DNA of 64,000 nucleotides from Alphaproteobacteria bacterium (GTDB lineage Bacteria; Pseudomonadota; Alphaproteobacteria; UBA828): NCBI GenBank assembly GCA_965214705.1, contig OZ243972.1, positions 1 to 64,000 of the forward strand, read 5' to 3'. Shown piece by piece: positions 1 to 9,385 of this stretch (position 1 is its first letter; each line of letters starts with the position of its first letter). The notes under the pieces were generated by a model. It saw only the letters and a program-made list of their open reading frames with translations, ran no database searches and was not told where the DNA came from. The position numbers and the translations under genes were made by a program.

Positions 1-2
1 AT

Positions 3-1346
3 ATATGCCAACGTTCTCAGGCCGTGACCGAAGACGGGCGCCTCCATGGCCTTCTCGAATCCCAGTCTCCAAAGCAACGGTCTGCCCTTCGCCAGGGCAG
101 TGCAGATGAAGCCGTCATCGATATCGTGGCTGCGCAGATCGCGCAGTTGCCACGGCATGCAGCCCTGGAAGTCGTTATCCGCGACGGCCAGGGAGAGACG
201 CTTGATTCCGGCCAATTCGGGCGGGAGGGAACCGGTGAGACGGTTGTGGGCCAGCCACAATTGCCTGAGATTCGACAGATTGGCGATCTCCTGCGGGATG
301 GGACCCATCAGGCGATTGCCGTCCAGCGACAGCATGGTCAGACGAGTCAGGTTTTCCAGTTCCGGTGGAATGGGGCCGGTGAGTCGGTTGCCGTCGAGCC
401 GCAGCAGATGGAGATGGGCCAGCTCGCCCAGCTCCGGGGGGATCCGCCCGGTCAGGTTCATGTCCCGCAAGTCCAGTGCGATGATGCGACCCCCTCGACC
501 GATGGTGACGCCCTGCCAGGACGCGACGGGGCGAGCGTAGCTCCAGTTCAGCGGCGCGTCGCCGGCCAGGGTGTCGCGCATGCGCATCAGACGCGCGCCG
601 TCTTCGAACAGGCCCGGTTTGGTCCAGGGCGAAGGATCGCAGAGCAGATCGGCGGAATCCAGATCGTTGTGCCGTACCTGCGCTGCTCGCGCCGTAGCCG
701 GAAGGCAGTCGGCAAACGCGTTGCCGCCCAGACGGAGGACCGCAAGATGAGCCCACCGGTCGAGAGCCTCGGGGAGTGCTCCGTGCAAACGATTGTTCTC
801 GAGCCGCAGCTCCTCCAGACGCGACAGGTTGCCAAACTGCGGATGGACGTTGCCCGTCAAGATGTTGTTCTCCAGCGCGAGCACCCGCAGACCGGTCAGT
901 GTGGTCAGTCCCTGCGGGATGCCGCCAGTGAGTTCGTTGCCGCCAAGACGCAACCAAACGAGTGCCTGCAACGCGCTCAGTTCCGGCGGGATCTCGCCGG
1001 TCAGCGCGTTGTTCTCCAGTACCAGCGTCCGCAGCCCGGTCAGGGCGCCCAGTTCCGGCGGGATCGGTCCCGCAAGCCGGTTGTTGCCAAGACGCAGAAC
1101 GGCAAGGGCGTCCAGAGCCGACAGCTCTGCGGGAATCCGCCCGTTCAGTCCCACGTGCGACAGATCCAGGGCGATGACCCGCGGCCCTTCCGCGGCCTCG
1201 CCGGCGATGTTGGGCATCCCGACGGTGACACCCCGCCAATAGCCGATGGGGACCGCGTCGCTCCAGTTTAGTTGGACGTCGCCGGCCAGCACGTCCCGAG
1301 CGGCCAACAACGTGGCGCAGTCGTCATACAGGCGGGGCAGTGCTTC
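3..1346 (-). pseudogene. Plant-type LRR protein (two capped LRR modules) followed by an O-antigen-ligase-like motif; 5' part cut off by IS66, 3' part runs off the window
   Basis: Manual minus-strand translation (absent from ORF track because no stop in window): DCATLLAARDVLAGDVQLNWSDAVPIGYWRGVTV, repeats LRLGNNRLAGPIPPELGAL / LVLENNALTGEIPPELS, second cap LNWSYARPVASWQGVTI, ending GRPLLWRLGFEKAMEAPVFGHGLRTLAY. Confidence 0.85.
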
Positions 1347-1436
1347 GTAAGCGGTATCGGGCCCCCATACTTCCAGCGGATCTGATTTCGGGGCTGACTC
1401 TCCGCCTTGACCACGAGCCACACAGGAGAGATCGCG

Positions 1437-1862
1437 ATGACAGATTCGATTTTGGCATCTGGCGACGGTGTCGCTGTTGCTTCGGTTGAGATCCCAGCTT
1501 CTGAGGGAGCCGCCCCGGCTCCGTCTGAGCCGGCCCCCATGCGACGCTGGCCGGACGATGAGAAGGCGCGGATTGTCTCGGAGAGCTTTGAGCCGGGCTC
1601 TTCGGTTGCGGCGGTCGCGCGCCGCCATGGCGTCAGCGATACGACCCTGACCAAGTGGCGGCGGCGCGCGCGGGAGGGAACTCTTCCGGGCGCTCGGATT
1701 GGTGGCTCTGCACCGCCATTTGTTCCCGTGGTGGTTGATAGCGTGACGTCCGAGCGGACGGTGGCGATCGAGGCGCTAGGCGTGGTCGTTCGCCTTCCGG
1801 TGGAGAGCGCGGTCGATCGGATTGTTGCGGTGGCCTCGGGCCTGGGCCGGGCGTCGTCATGA
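1437..1862 (+). CDS. tnpA: IS66 TnpA (HTH)
   Basis: RRWPDDEKARIVSESFEPGSSVAAVARRHGV; ATGA overlap with tnpB. Confidence 0.9.
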   Translation: MTDSILASGDGVAVASVEIPASEGAAPAPSEPAPMRRWPDDEKARIVSESFEPGSSVAAVARRHGVSDTTLTKWRRRAREGTLPGARIGGSAPPFVPVVVDSVTSERTVAIEALGVVVRLPVESAVDRIVAVASGLGRASS

Positions 1863-2209
1863 TCGCGGCCCCCTCGCTTCGCATCGTGTTGGCGACGCGG
1901 CCGGTTGATTTTCGTCGCGGCCACGACGCGCTTGCGGCGACGGCGGCGGGGGAGCTGGACCTCGATATCTATTCCGGGGTGATCGTGATCTTCCGCTCGC
2001 GCCGCGGCGACAGGCTCAAGCTCCTTGCGTGGGACGGCAGCGGTCTGGTGATGACCTACAAGCGTCTGGAGCAGGGCCGCTTCGCCTGGCCTCGGATCGA
2101 GGATGGTGTGATGCGCCTTACGAAGGGCCAGTTCGAGGCCCTCTTCGAGGGTCTGGACTGGCGCCGGGTGAAGGCCCGCCCGGTTCGCCGCCCGCTGGCG
2201 GCGGAGTGA
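1859..2209 (+). CDS. tnpB: IS66 accessory TnpB
   Basis: PVDFRRGHDAL, IFRSRRGDRLKLLAWDGSGL, KRLEQGRFAWP. Confidence 0.95.
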   Translation: MIAAPSLRIVLATRPVDFRRGHDALAATAAGELDLDIYSGVIVIFRSRRGDRLKLLAWDGSGLVMTYKRLEQGRFAWPRIEDGVMRLTKGQFEALFEGLDWRRVKARPVRRPLAAE

Positions 2210-2302
2210 GGCGGCACGCAGGCGGGGCCGCAGATTTCGGTCGCGGTCCCGCCTGCACTTTTCCCTGGTCATGCATTGGCGAATCGGATTAAGGGGTGGC
2301 CC

Positions 2303-4018
2303 ATGCCGAAGGTCACGCCCTCACCCCTCAGCAGCGCCGGTTCGCCGTCGCCTGCGGTGGTTTCGGCGGCGCTGGCGGCCCTGCATGCGGAGCTTGACGA
2401 CGAGCGCGCGGCGCGCCGGGCGACGGAAGCAGCCCTATGCGAAGCGGAGCAGGCACGCGGCGCGGCGGAGGCGGCGAGGCAGACGGCGGAAGCGCGGGCG
2501 GCACGGCTGGAGGCCGAGAACGCGCAGAGCGCGGAGCAGATCAGCCGGCTTGAGCATCTCAACAAGGAGCTCAGGAAGGCGCTGTTCGGTCCGCGCTCCG
2601 AGAAGCTCGGCGAGGACGAGCGCCAGCTTACGTTCGAGGAGTTTTGGGCGGCGATCGCTGAAGCCGGCGGTCGGCCCGAGGCAGATGACCAGGAGCAGGA
2701 CGAGGGGGCTGGCGGCAAGCGCCGGCGGCGCTCTTCCCGGGGGTCGCGCAGCGGGGTGCGCTTCGGGCCCCAGGTCGACCGGCGCGAGGAGGTGATCGAG
2801 CCGGACACGATCATGTGCCCCTGCGGCTGCGGCGAGATGACGAAGATCGGCGAGGACCGCAGCGAGCGGCTGGACTATGAGCCGGCGAAGTTCACCGTCA
2901 TCGAGACCGTGCGCCCCCGCTACGCCTGCAACAAGTGCAAGGGGGGCGGGGTGGTGCAGTCGCCGGCGCCGGCCGCTCTGGTCGAGGGCGGCCTTCCCAC
3001 CGAGGCTCTTCTGGCGCAGGTGCTGATCGCGAAGTACGGCGATCATTGCCCGCTCTATCGCCAGTCGCAGATCTACGAGCGCTCGGGGATCGAGGTTCAC
3101 CGTGCGACGCTGGCGACGTGGGTGGGCCAGGCGTCGTTTCACCTGCGCCCCGTGGTCGCTTGCCTGGAGGATGAGCTGAAGAAGTCGGATCACCTGGGTC
3201 TGGACGAGACCACGATCCGCGTTCTCGACCCGGGCCGGGGCAAGACGAAGACGGGCTACATGTGGACCCTTGTGCGTGACGAGCGCCACTGGAGCGGCAC
3301 GGACCCGCCGGGCGTCGTCTATCGCTATGCGCCCGGCCGCGGCGGCAAGTATGGCGCCGAGCTTATGGAGGGCTTTTCGGGGACGGTGCAGCTCGACGGC
3401 TACTCGGGCCACAACATCCTGGCGCGGCCGGACCGGGCGGAAGGCCCTGTGACGCGGGCCCTCTGTTGGGCGCATGTAAGACGGAAGCTGAAAGAGGTAT
3501 ACGACTCGAGCGCATCGCCGATCGCGCTGGCCGGTCTGAATCGGATCGCGAAGCTCTATGCGATCGAGAAGAAGATCCGGGGCAAGCCGCCGGCGGAGCG
3601 CCGCGCGATCCGTTGGGAGGAGTCGGCGCCGATCGTGAACACCTTCGGTGTCTGGCTCGACGAGCAGCGCTCGCGCGTCTCACCGCGCTCGCGTCTCGGC
3701 GAGAAGCTGACCTATATCGCCAACCAGTGGGACGGGCTGCTGGAGTTCCTGCACGACGGTCGTGTCGAGATCGACTCGAACCTGGTGGAAAACCGAATCC
3801 GGCCGCTGAAGCTCACCGCCAAGAACGCGCTCTTCGCCGGCAACGACGAGGGTGCGCAAGCCTGGGCCCGCATCGCCTCGCTGATCGAGACCTGCAAGAT
3901 GAACGGCGTCGAGCCCTACGCCTGGATGCGGAGCACGCTCGAGAAGATCGCCAAGGGCCACCCGCAGTCGGGCATCCAGGAGCTTCTGCCGTGGAACTTC
4001 CAGCCCGAGGCAAAATGA
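2303..4018 (+). CDS. tnpC: IS66 DDE transposase TnpC
   Basis: FGPRSEK, CPCGC zinc finger, PLYRQ, LDETT, CWAHVRRK, DSNLVENRIR, ELLPWN. Confidence 0.95.
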   Translation: MPKVTPSPLSSAGSPSPAVVSAALAALHAELDDERAARRATEAALCEAEQARGAAEAARQTAEARAARLEAENAQSAEQISRLEHLNKELRKALFGPRSEKLGEDERQLTFEEFWAAIAEAGGRPEADDQEQDEGAGGKRRRRSSRGSRSGVRFGPQVDRREEVIEPDTIMCPCGCGEMTKIGEDRSERLDYEPAKFTVIETVRPRYACNKCKGGGVVQSPAPAALVEGGLPTEALLAQVLIAKYGDHCPLYRQSQIYERSGIEVHRATLATWVGQASFHLRPVVACLEDELKKSDHLGLDETTIRVLDPGRGKTKTGYMWTLVRDERHWSGTDPPGVVYRYAPGRGGKYGAELMEGFSGTVQLDGYSGHNILARPDRAEGPVTRALCWAHVRRKLKEVYDSSASPIALAGLNRIAKLYAIEKKIRGKPPAERRAIRWEESAPIVNTFGVWLDEQRSRVSPRSRLGEKLTYIANQWDGLLEFLHDGRVEIDSNLVENRIRPLKLTAKNALFAGNDEGAQAWARIASLIETCKMNGVEPYAWMRSTLEKIAKGHPQSGIQELLPWNFQPEAK

Positions 4019-4420
4019 CTCGCGCGCTCACGGCGCTCCTCAAGAAATCCCCGTCGTAGTCAAGCCAGATTCCGGTATGGGGTCTGCGTACCGCTTACGT
4101 TGAACATAATGAATTGGCCTGTATCGGTCGTGCGCAGCAGGACCGATACAGGCATTGAGCTGAGCCGCGCTGCACGGCCGTAGTGCCGGGCTATGGGGAA
4201 AGTAACCGCTGGGTGGGAGCCGATTAGGCCGAAGCGGTGCAACCTGTTGGTGTCGCTGGCGGCGCCGGCACTCTGAATCTCCACTTATCAGGTTGCGACG
4301 CGGCTGTGCAGGGGCTCGCGACGATGTTTCGCCGCCGGGCAGCACGAAGCGGGCGCAGGAGCGGTCGCGGCGCGGCGGCCGGGGGGACTGTTGTCGGACC
4401 TTGTCGGTTCTGACGCATCG

Positions 4421-4829
4421 TCACGGCGGTCGGGTATTCGTCGCCCGCATGGCTGCTTGGGGCTGCGGCTCAAGAATGACGGTTTGCCGCAGCGTTGCCT
4501 CGCCGCACTGGCGGCACACGGTGATGTCGATCCCCGTCAGTCGCAGCATCATCTGCTGCGTCGTTTCCGGCTCCCGCGGTTCAGGGGCAGGCTGGCCGAG
4601 CAGGTCTCGGCAGCGGGCGAGCTTGCGAGCCCGGCAGCGATTGGCGAGCAAGCCGTAGTGGCGCAGGCGGGTGAAGCCGCGCGGGAGGACGTGCAGGAGG
4701 AAGCGGCGGATGAACTCGTCGACGTCGAGACGCATCACCTTGACCTTGTTGCCGTCAGCGTAGTCGCGCCAACGGAAGCGAACGTGCTCGCCGTCGAAGT
4801 CGACGAGGCGATGATTGGCGATGGCAGCC
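4421..4829 (-). pseudogene. Element B transposase, 3' fragment
   Basis: AAIANHRLVDFDGEHVRFRWRDY, EFIRRFLLHVLPRGFTRLRHYGLLAN, CRQC; joins in frame with 7496-8307. Confidence 0.9.
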
Positions 4830-5060
4830 TTGAACGAAGCCGCTACGCGGAGTTAGCGGCGTAGAGTTCATTCATTTCCGAGGCGTCGCGGGTGCCGTTT
4901 GTTCTGTGCGTTCGCTTCCCGGTTGCGTCAGTGGCGCTCCGCCCGTCGGGTGGCGGATCCCCAGCAGCCTCCCGATCACCAGTGGTTAGTATCGACCCCT
5001 GCGACGGACCGTCGCCGGATCGGTCCGGCGGCGCGCCGTCGCGATCCAGGGAGATCGATA

Positions 5061-5939
5061 ATGACCGGGACCGCGTGCGACACGAACACCGTCACCCCTC
5101 TTCGCCAGCGCATGGAGGAGCAGCTCCGCATCGCCAATCTGGCCGCGAGCACGTCCAAGGCCTACATCTGCGAGATCAAGAACCTGGCCAGGTACTACGA
5201 CGCCTCGCCGGACGAGCTCGACGCCGAGCAGGTGCGCCAGTGGTACCTGGGGCGGATCGACAAGGGGCTCAGTCCGGGCACGACCAACGTCTCCTTCGCC
5301 GCGCTGAACTTCCTCTACATCGACACACTCGGCTGGCCTGACCATGTCGCCGGCCTGCGCTCCCGCAAGAAGCCCGGCAAGCTGCCGCGCTACATGTCGG
5401 AGCAGGAGGTCGAGCACCTCATCCTTGCGACACCCGACCTCCGCCACCGTGCTGCCATTGTCACCGGCTATGGCGGCGGGCTCCGCATCTCCGAGACCTT
5501 GGCCATCAAGGTCGGCGACATCCTGTCGGAGAAGAAGCTGCTGCACATCCCCTCCGGCAAAGGCGGCACCGAGAGAATGGCACCGTTGCCGGACATCGTC
5601 ATCCACTACTTGCGCGTCTACTACAGGAACATCTGGCCGCGTCCGACGAGCTGGCTCTTCTACGGCGTCTCGCTCGACAGGCCCATCGCAACGGAGACCT
5701 TGCAGGCCGCCTTCAGGAGGGCGCGCGACATTGCCGAGCTCGACCGCAGCTACACCTTCCATTGCCTGCGCCATTCGGCGGCGACCCATCTCCTCGAGCG
5801 CGGCGGCGATATCGAGGTGATCCGGGACATGCTCGGCCATCGAAGCGCGAACACGACCCGTCACTACGCCCGCGTCACCGGCAAGATGTTCGAGGGCCTC
5901 GACCACCCGATCTCAGGCTTCGCAGCGTTGCGCAACTGA
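5061..5939 (+). CDS. Tyrosine recombinase (N-terminal SAM-like domain) of element A
   Basis: GLRISE, GKGG, HCLRHSAATH, LGH..NTTRHY catalytic residues; RBS GGGAG before ATG 5061. Confidence 0.95.
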   Translation: MTGTACDTNTVTPLRQRMEEQLRIANLAASTSKAYICEIKNLARYYDASPDELDAEQVRQWYLGRIDKGLSPGTTNVSFAALNFLYIDTLGWPDHVAGLRSRKKPGKLPRYMSEQEVEHLILATPDLRHRAAIVTGYGGGLRISETLAIKVGDILSEKKLLHIPSGKGGTERMAPLPDIVIHYLRVYYRNIWPRPTSWLFYGVSLDRPIATETLQAAFRRARDIAELDRSYTFHCLRHSAATHLLERGGDIEVIRDMLGHRSANTTRHYARVTGKMFEGLDHPISGFAALRN

Positions 5940-5945
5940 CGGCGC

Positions 5946-7187
5946 GTGGAGGCCGAACGCGCGGGCGTGGCGGAGATCTTCCGCCGCGCCGGCGCCGCTT
6001 TCCGTGAGCGCCACAAAGGGCGCATCGACGCCGCCCGGCTCAAGGTCATGGGCGCCATCGAGGCGTGCCGCACCGCCGTGCTCGGCGGCCACATGTACGC
6101 CTGCGAGGGCTGCGGGCGCGAGCATCCGCTCTTCAACTCCTGCCGCAACCGCCACTGCCCCACCTGCCAGGGTCTCGCCGCCAACCTCTGGAGCGAGGAG
6201 CGCGCCGGGGACATCCTGCCGGTGCCCTACTTCCATGTGGTCTTCACCCTGCCCAAGGAGGTTGCCGCCATTGCCTTCTGCAACCGCAGGGTGGTGTTCG
6301 ACATCCTCTTCCGGGCCGTCGCCGAGACCCTGCGCACCATCGCCGCCGATCCCCGCCACGGCGGCATGCGCATCGGCGGCACCGCGGTCCTCCATACCTG
6401 GGATCAGAAGCTCCGCTTCCACCCGCACCTGCACGTGGTCGTGCCCAACGCGGGCTTCGACGTAGACAGTGGCGAGTGGAAGACGGGGAGCACCACCTTC
6501 CTCGCCCCCGTCAAGGTCCTCGGCAGCCTGTTCCGCCGCCTCTTCCTCGAGGAGCTCGCCCGCGCCCACGGCCGGGGGGACCTGGAGTTCCACGGCACCG
6601 TCGCCCACCTCGCCAATCCCGGCGAGTTCCACGCCACGCTTGCCGCCGCCCGGGCCAGGGACTGGGTGGTCTACGCCAAGCGGCCCTTCCGCGGGCCTGA
6701 GCAGGTCTTCCGGTACCTCTCGCACTACACGCACAGGATCGCCATCTCCGACAGCCGCATCGTCTCCTTCGACGGCGAGACGGTCTCCTTCCGCCACCGA
6801 AAGCCCAAGGCGCCGGGGCAGAGAAAGCCGCGCTACGGCATCGCCACCGTGAGCGCCGACGAGTTCATCCGCCGCTTCCTGAGGCACGTCCTGCCGGACG
6901 GCATGCACCGCATTCGCTACTTCGGCATCCTCGCCAACGGCTGCCGCGCCAGCACGCTGGAGAGAGCACGCCAGGCTCTCGGCGCCCTCGGCTGCGCCGC
7001 CCCCGAGGGAAGCGTGGACGGCGCTCGGGCCGAGCCCGACGAAGAGCCCGAGATCGGCACCGCGCCCGTGGCCTGCCCCCACTGCGGCGGCGTCATGCGC
7101 CTCGTCCGCGAAATCCGCCGCCGCCATGAGCCCCGCTCGACGCGCGGCCCGCCGGCGCTGCCGCCGACCCACAGGGGGAAACCGTGA
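5946..7187 (+). CDS. IS91-family HUH (Y2) transposase with N-terminal zinc-binding domain
   Basis: CRT..LGG, CEGC, SCRNRHCPTCQ, HTW..LRFHPHLH (HUH), YLSHY (Y-x3-Y), C-terminal CPHC. Confidence 0.95.
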   Translation: MEAERAGVAEIFRRAGAAFRERHKGRIDAARLKVMGAIEACRTAVLGGHMYACEGCGREHPLFNSCRNRHCPTCQGLAANLWSEERAGDILPVPYFHVVFTLPKEVAAIAFCNRRVVFDILFRAVAETLRTIAADPRHGGMRIGGTAVLHTWDQKLRFHPHLHVVVPNAGFDVDSGEWKTGSTTFLAPVKVLGSLFRRLFLEELARAHGRGDLEFHGTVAHLANPGEFHATLAAARARDWVVYAKRPFRGPEQVFRYLSHYTHRIAISDSRIVSFDGETVSFRHRKPKAPGQRKPRYGIATVSADEFIRRFLRHVLPDGMHRIRYFGILANGCRASTLERARQALGALGCAAPEGSVDGARAEPDEEPEIGTAPVACPHCGGVMRLVREIRRRHEPRSTRGPPALPPTHRGKP

Positions 7188-7449
7188 GACGCCCGCTCGC
7201 TTCGGCCCCGCGCAACGGCGCCAAAGCGCCGACGCACGACCGAACCTGTCTCCGCTTGAGCCGGGCTGACAGCCCTCGGCTCACACCCCGCTCAGTCCTC
7301 GCAGCGTGCGCCCGCATGCCTGCCGAAAGACCGGCGCGAGCGTCGATTTTATGCGCAACTCTGCTGCCGGTGGATGCCGCCTGACGCTGACATCAGCGCA
7401 CTTTCCACATAGCTCAACTTCGCCTCTCGTGGCCCGCGGCTTCGTTCAA

Positions 7450-7491
7450 AAGGGTTGGGCAGGCTCTCGAGAGAGAGCCTGCCCAACCCTT
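7450..7491 (+). repeat. Perfect 19-bp terminal hairpin (GAGA loop) of element A; also present in copies 2 and 3
   Basis: AAGGGTTGGGCAGGCTCTC-GAGA-GAGAGCCTGCCCAACCCTT, 4 nt from the element end. Confidence 0.95.
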
Positions 7492-7495
7492 AACC

Positions 7496-8307
7496 TTGTG
7501 GGTGTAGCGCCCGAGATAGGCCAGAACGTGCCCGGCGCCGGCGAACGGGGCCTTGGTGTAGACCACCCAGTCGTTCGACCGCAGCGCGGTCTTCAGACAC
7601 TCGAACTCGCGGCTGTCGTCACCACCGCCGACGACCTTGAGCCGGAGTTCGCCGTCGCGGTGCGCGGCGCCGAGGAAGTCGAGATACTTGCCGCGGAAGA
7701 CCTTCGAGAGCGCGACCGTGGGGAACAGGAAGCCCTTGCGCGCGGGAGTGAGCCAGCGCTCTCTGTCCGGGCTCAGACCGCCGTCGGTGACGATACAGTG
7801 GACATGGATGTGCTGTCCCAGATTCTGCCCCCAAGTGTGCAGCACCATGGTGATGCCGAGCTCGCCGCCGAGCCAGCGGGGATTGCGGCCGAACTCGAGC
7901 AGGGTCTGGGAGGCGGCCTTGAAGAGCAGCCTGTAGATGAGCGCGGTATTGCCCTGGGCCACGGGGTTGAGCTCGTGGGGCAGGGTGAACACGACATGCC
8001 AGTAGTCGATGTCGAGCAGATCGGCGCACTGACGCTCAACCCACCTGGTCTGCGAGAGGGTCTGGCACTTGGGGCAATGACGGTTCCGGCACGAGGCGTA
8101 CTGGATCGTCACCGCCCCGCAGTGATCGCATTCTGCCTTGAACCCGCCGAGCACAGCGGTGCGGCAGTTCACCAGCGCGTCGACGACCCTCTGCTGCTGG
8201 GCCGAGAGCAGATGTGTCTCGCCATAGGCGTCGCCGCGCTCGCGCAGGATGTCCGCGACCTCCAGCGCCGGCCGTGTGGCTGGCGCCGCGTGGCCGACAT
8301 GAGCCAC
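7496..8307 (-). pseudogene. Element B transposase, 5' fragment
   Basis: SCRNRHCPKCQ, HTWGQNLGQHIHVH, YLGRYTHK then interrupted by element A. Confidence 0.9.
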
Positions 8308-8310
8308 CGG

Positions 8311-9165
8311 TCAGGCCTGGGCAGGACGCGGAAACTCCAGCAGGTCCAGGGGCGACGGCGTGGCGGACGTCTTGTCGTGAGCAAGGTGAAGGTAGCGCAT
8401 GGTCGAGCGGATTGAGGTGTGCCCGAGGCGGCGTTGGATGACATGCAGCTCGACGCCGGCCTCGAGGAGCCCGGTGGCGTAGCAATGGCGCAGCGTGTGG
8501 ATCCCGCCGGGCTTGGCGATCCCGGCTTTGTCCTTGGCTCGATCGTAAACGTGTGCTGGCCCATGGCGCGTCATCGGCCGGCCGGGAATCCGACCGGGGA
8601 ACAGCCAGTGCTCGGGCCGTACCCGCTGCCAGTACTCGCGCAGCTCGTCGAGCAGCCGGGGCGAGAGCGGGACGTAGCGGTCCTTGTTGCCCTTGCCCTG
8701 ATCGACGCGCAGGCACATCCGCTGTGAGTCGATATCGCTGATCTGCAACCGGCCGAGCTCGCTCGCCCGAAGCCCCGCTGCATAGGCCGTCATCAGCAAG
8801 GCGCGGTGCTTGCGGTTGATGGTGACGCTGAACAGCCGCACCAGTTCGTCTTGGTTGAGCAGTACGGGCAGGGTGGAAGGCGTCTTGGCGAAGGGCAGAT
8901 AGAAGTGCGGCTCGGGCAAGCCCAGCGTGATGCGATAGAGGAAGCGGATCCCTTGGCGAGCGCTGTTGCAGCTCTGCCAAGCCAGCCCCCGCTCTTCGTG
9001 AAGAAAGATGAGGTACTCCTGGACTTCCTCCGCTGAGATGTGCTCGGGGCTGCGACCGTAGTGAACCGCGAGCCCGGAGACCGAGTTGAGGTAGGACTTC
9101 CTGGTGTTCTCGGCGAAGCCGCGAACCGTCATGTCGTTGATCATGCGCTGGCGAAGTGCCGTCAT
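8311..9165 (-). CDS. Tyrosine recombinase of element B
   Basis: MTALRQRMINDM, AGLRASE, GKGNKDR, HTLRHCYATGLL, LGH..IRSTMRY. Confidence 0.95.
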   Translation of the reverse strand: MTALRQRMINDMTVRGFAENTRKSYLNSVSGLAVHYGRSPEHISAEEVQEYLIFLHEERGLAWQSCNSARQGIRFLYRITLGLPEPHFYLPFAKTPSTLPVLLNQDELVRLFSVTINRKHRALLMTAYAAGLRASELGRLQISDIDSQRMCLRVDQGKGNKDRYVPLSPRLLDELREYWQRVRPEHWLFPGRIPGRPMTRHGPAHVYDRAKDKAGIAKPGGIHTLRHCYATGLLEAGVELHVIQRRLGHTSIRSTMRYLHLAHDKTSATPSPLDLLEFPRPAQA

Positions 9166-9385
9166 GGGGCGTCTCCCTCTGGGTTTGGTCTGTCACGAAG
9201 ACACGCCCATGCTCTTGCTCGCCGGCTTGGCGGTCGACGACCATCGATCAACGAGGGAGAAACAGGATTCGACCCTGCGCCCAGACGCTGGAGCGAACGG
9301 CCACACTCAACTTACGCGCGGCAAGGAGATCACTCTGGGCACCCGGCGGCCGAGGCGCCCCGCCGCGGAACGCGGCTCAGTTCAT

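Larger units (their letters stand above)
1347..4098 (+). mobile_element. IS66 family element (tnpA-tnpB-tnpC)
   Basis: IRL GTAAGCGGTATCGGGCCCCCATAC at 1347; IRR GTATGGGGTCTGCGTACCGCTTAC ending 4098; three typical ORFs; flanks AGTGCTTC / GTTGAACA differ (no TSD). Confidence 0.95.
4830..7495 (+). mobile_element. Element A copy 1 (2666 bp): tyrosine recombinase + IS91-like transposase
   Basis: Ends TTGAACGAAGCCGC ... CCCTTAACC defined by comparing three copies; removing it restores the target ORF in frame; no TSD. Confidence 0.95.
4105..9385 (-). mobile_element. Element B: tyrosine recombinase + IS91-like (Y2 HUH) transposase element, interrupted by element A copy 1
   Basis: 5' end TGAACTGAGCCGCG (minus, from 9384); subterminal inverted copy TGAGCTGAGCCGCG at 4156-4169; 13-bp hairpin 4117-4153. 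Distal end approximate. Confidence 0.8.

Noticed and set aside
24-1271. 415-aa plus-strand ORF
   Set aside because: Antisense shadow of the LRR gene; its periodicity mirrors the LRR codons.
4899-5060. N-terminal extension of the element A recombinase (also in copies 2 and 3)
   Set aside because: RBS and homology to the element B recombinase point to ATG 5061.
7450-7491. Hairpin as rho-independent terminator or CRISPR repeat
   Set aside because: No convincing U-tract on the coding strand; it occurs once per element copy at a fixed distance from the end, with no spacers. No CRISPR array was seen in the window.
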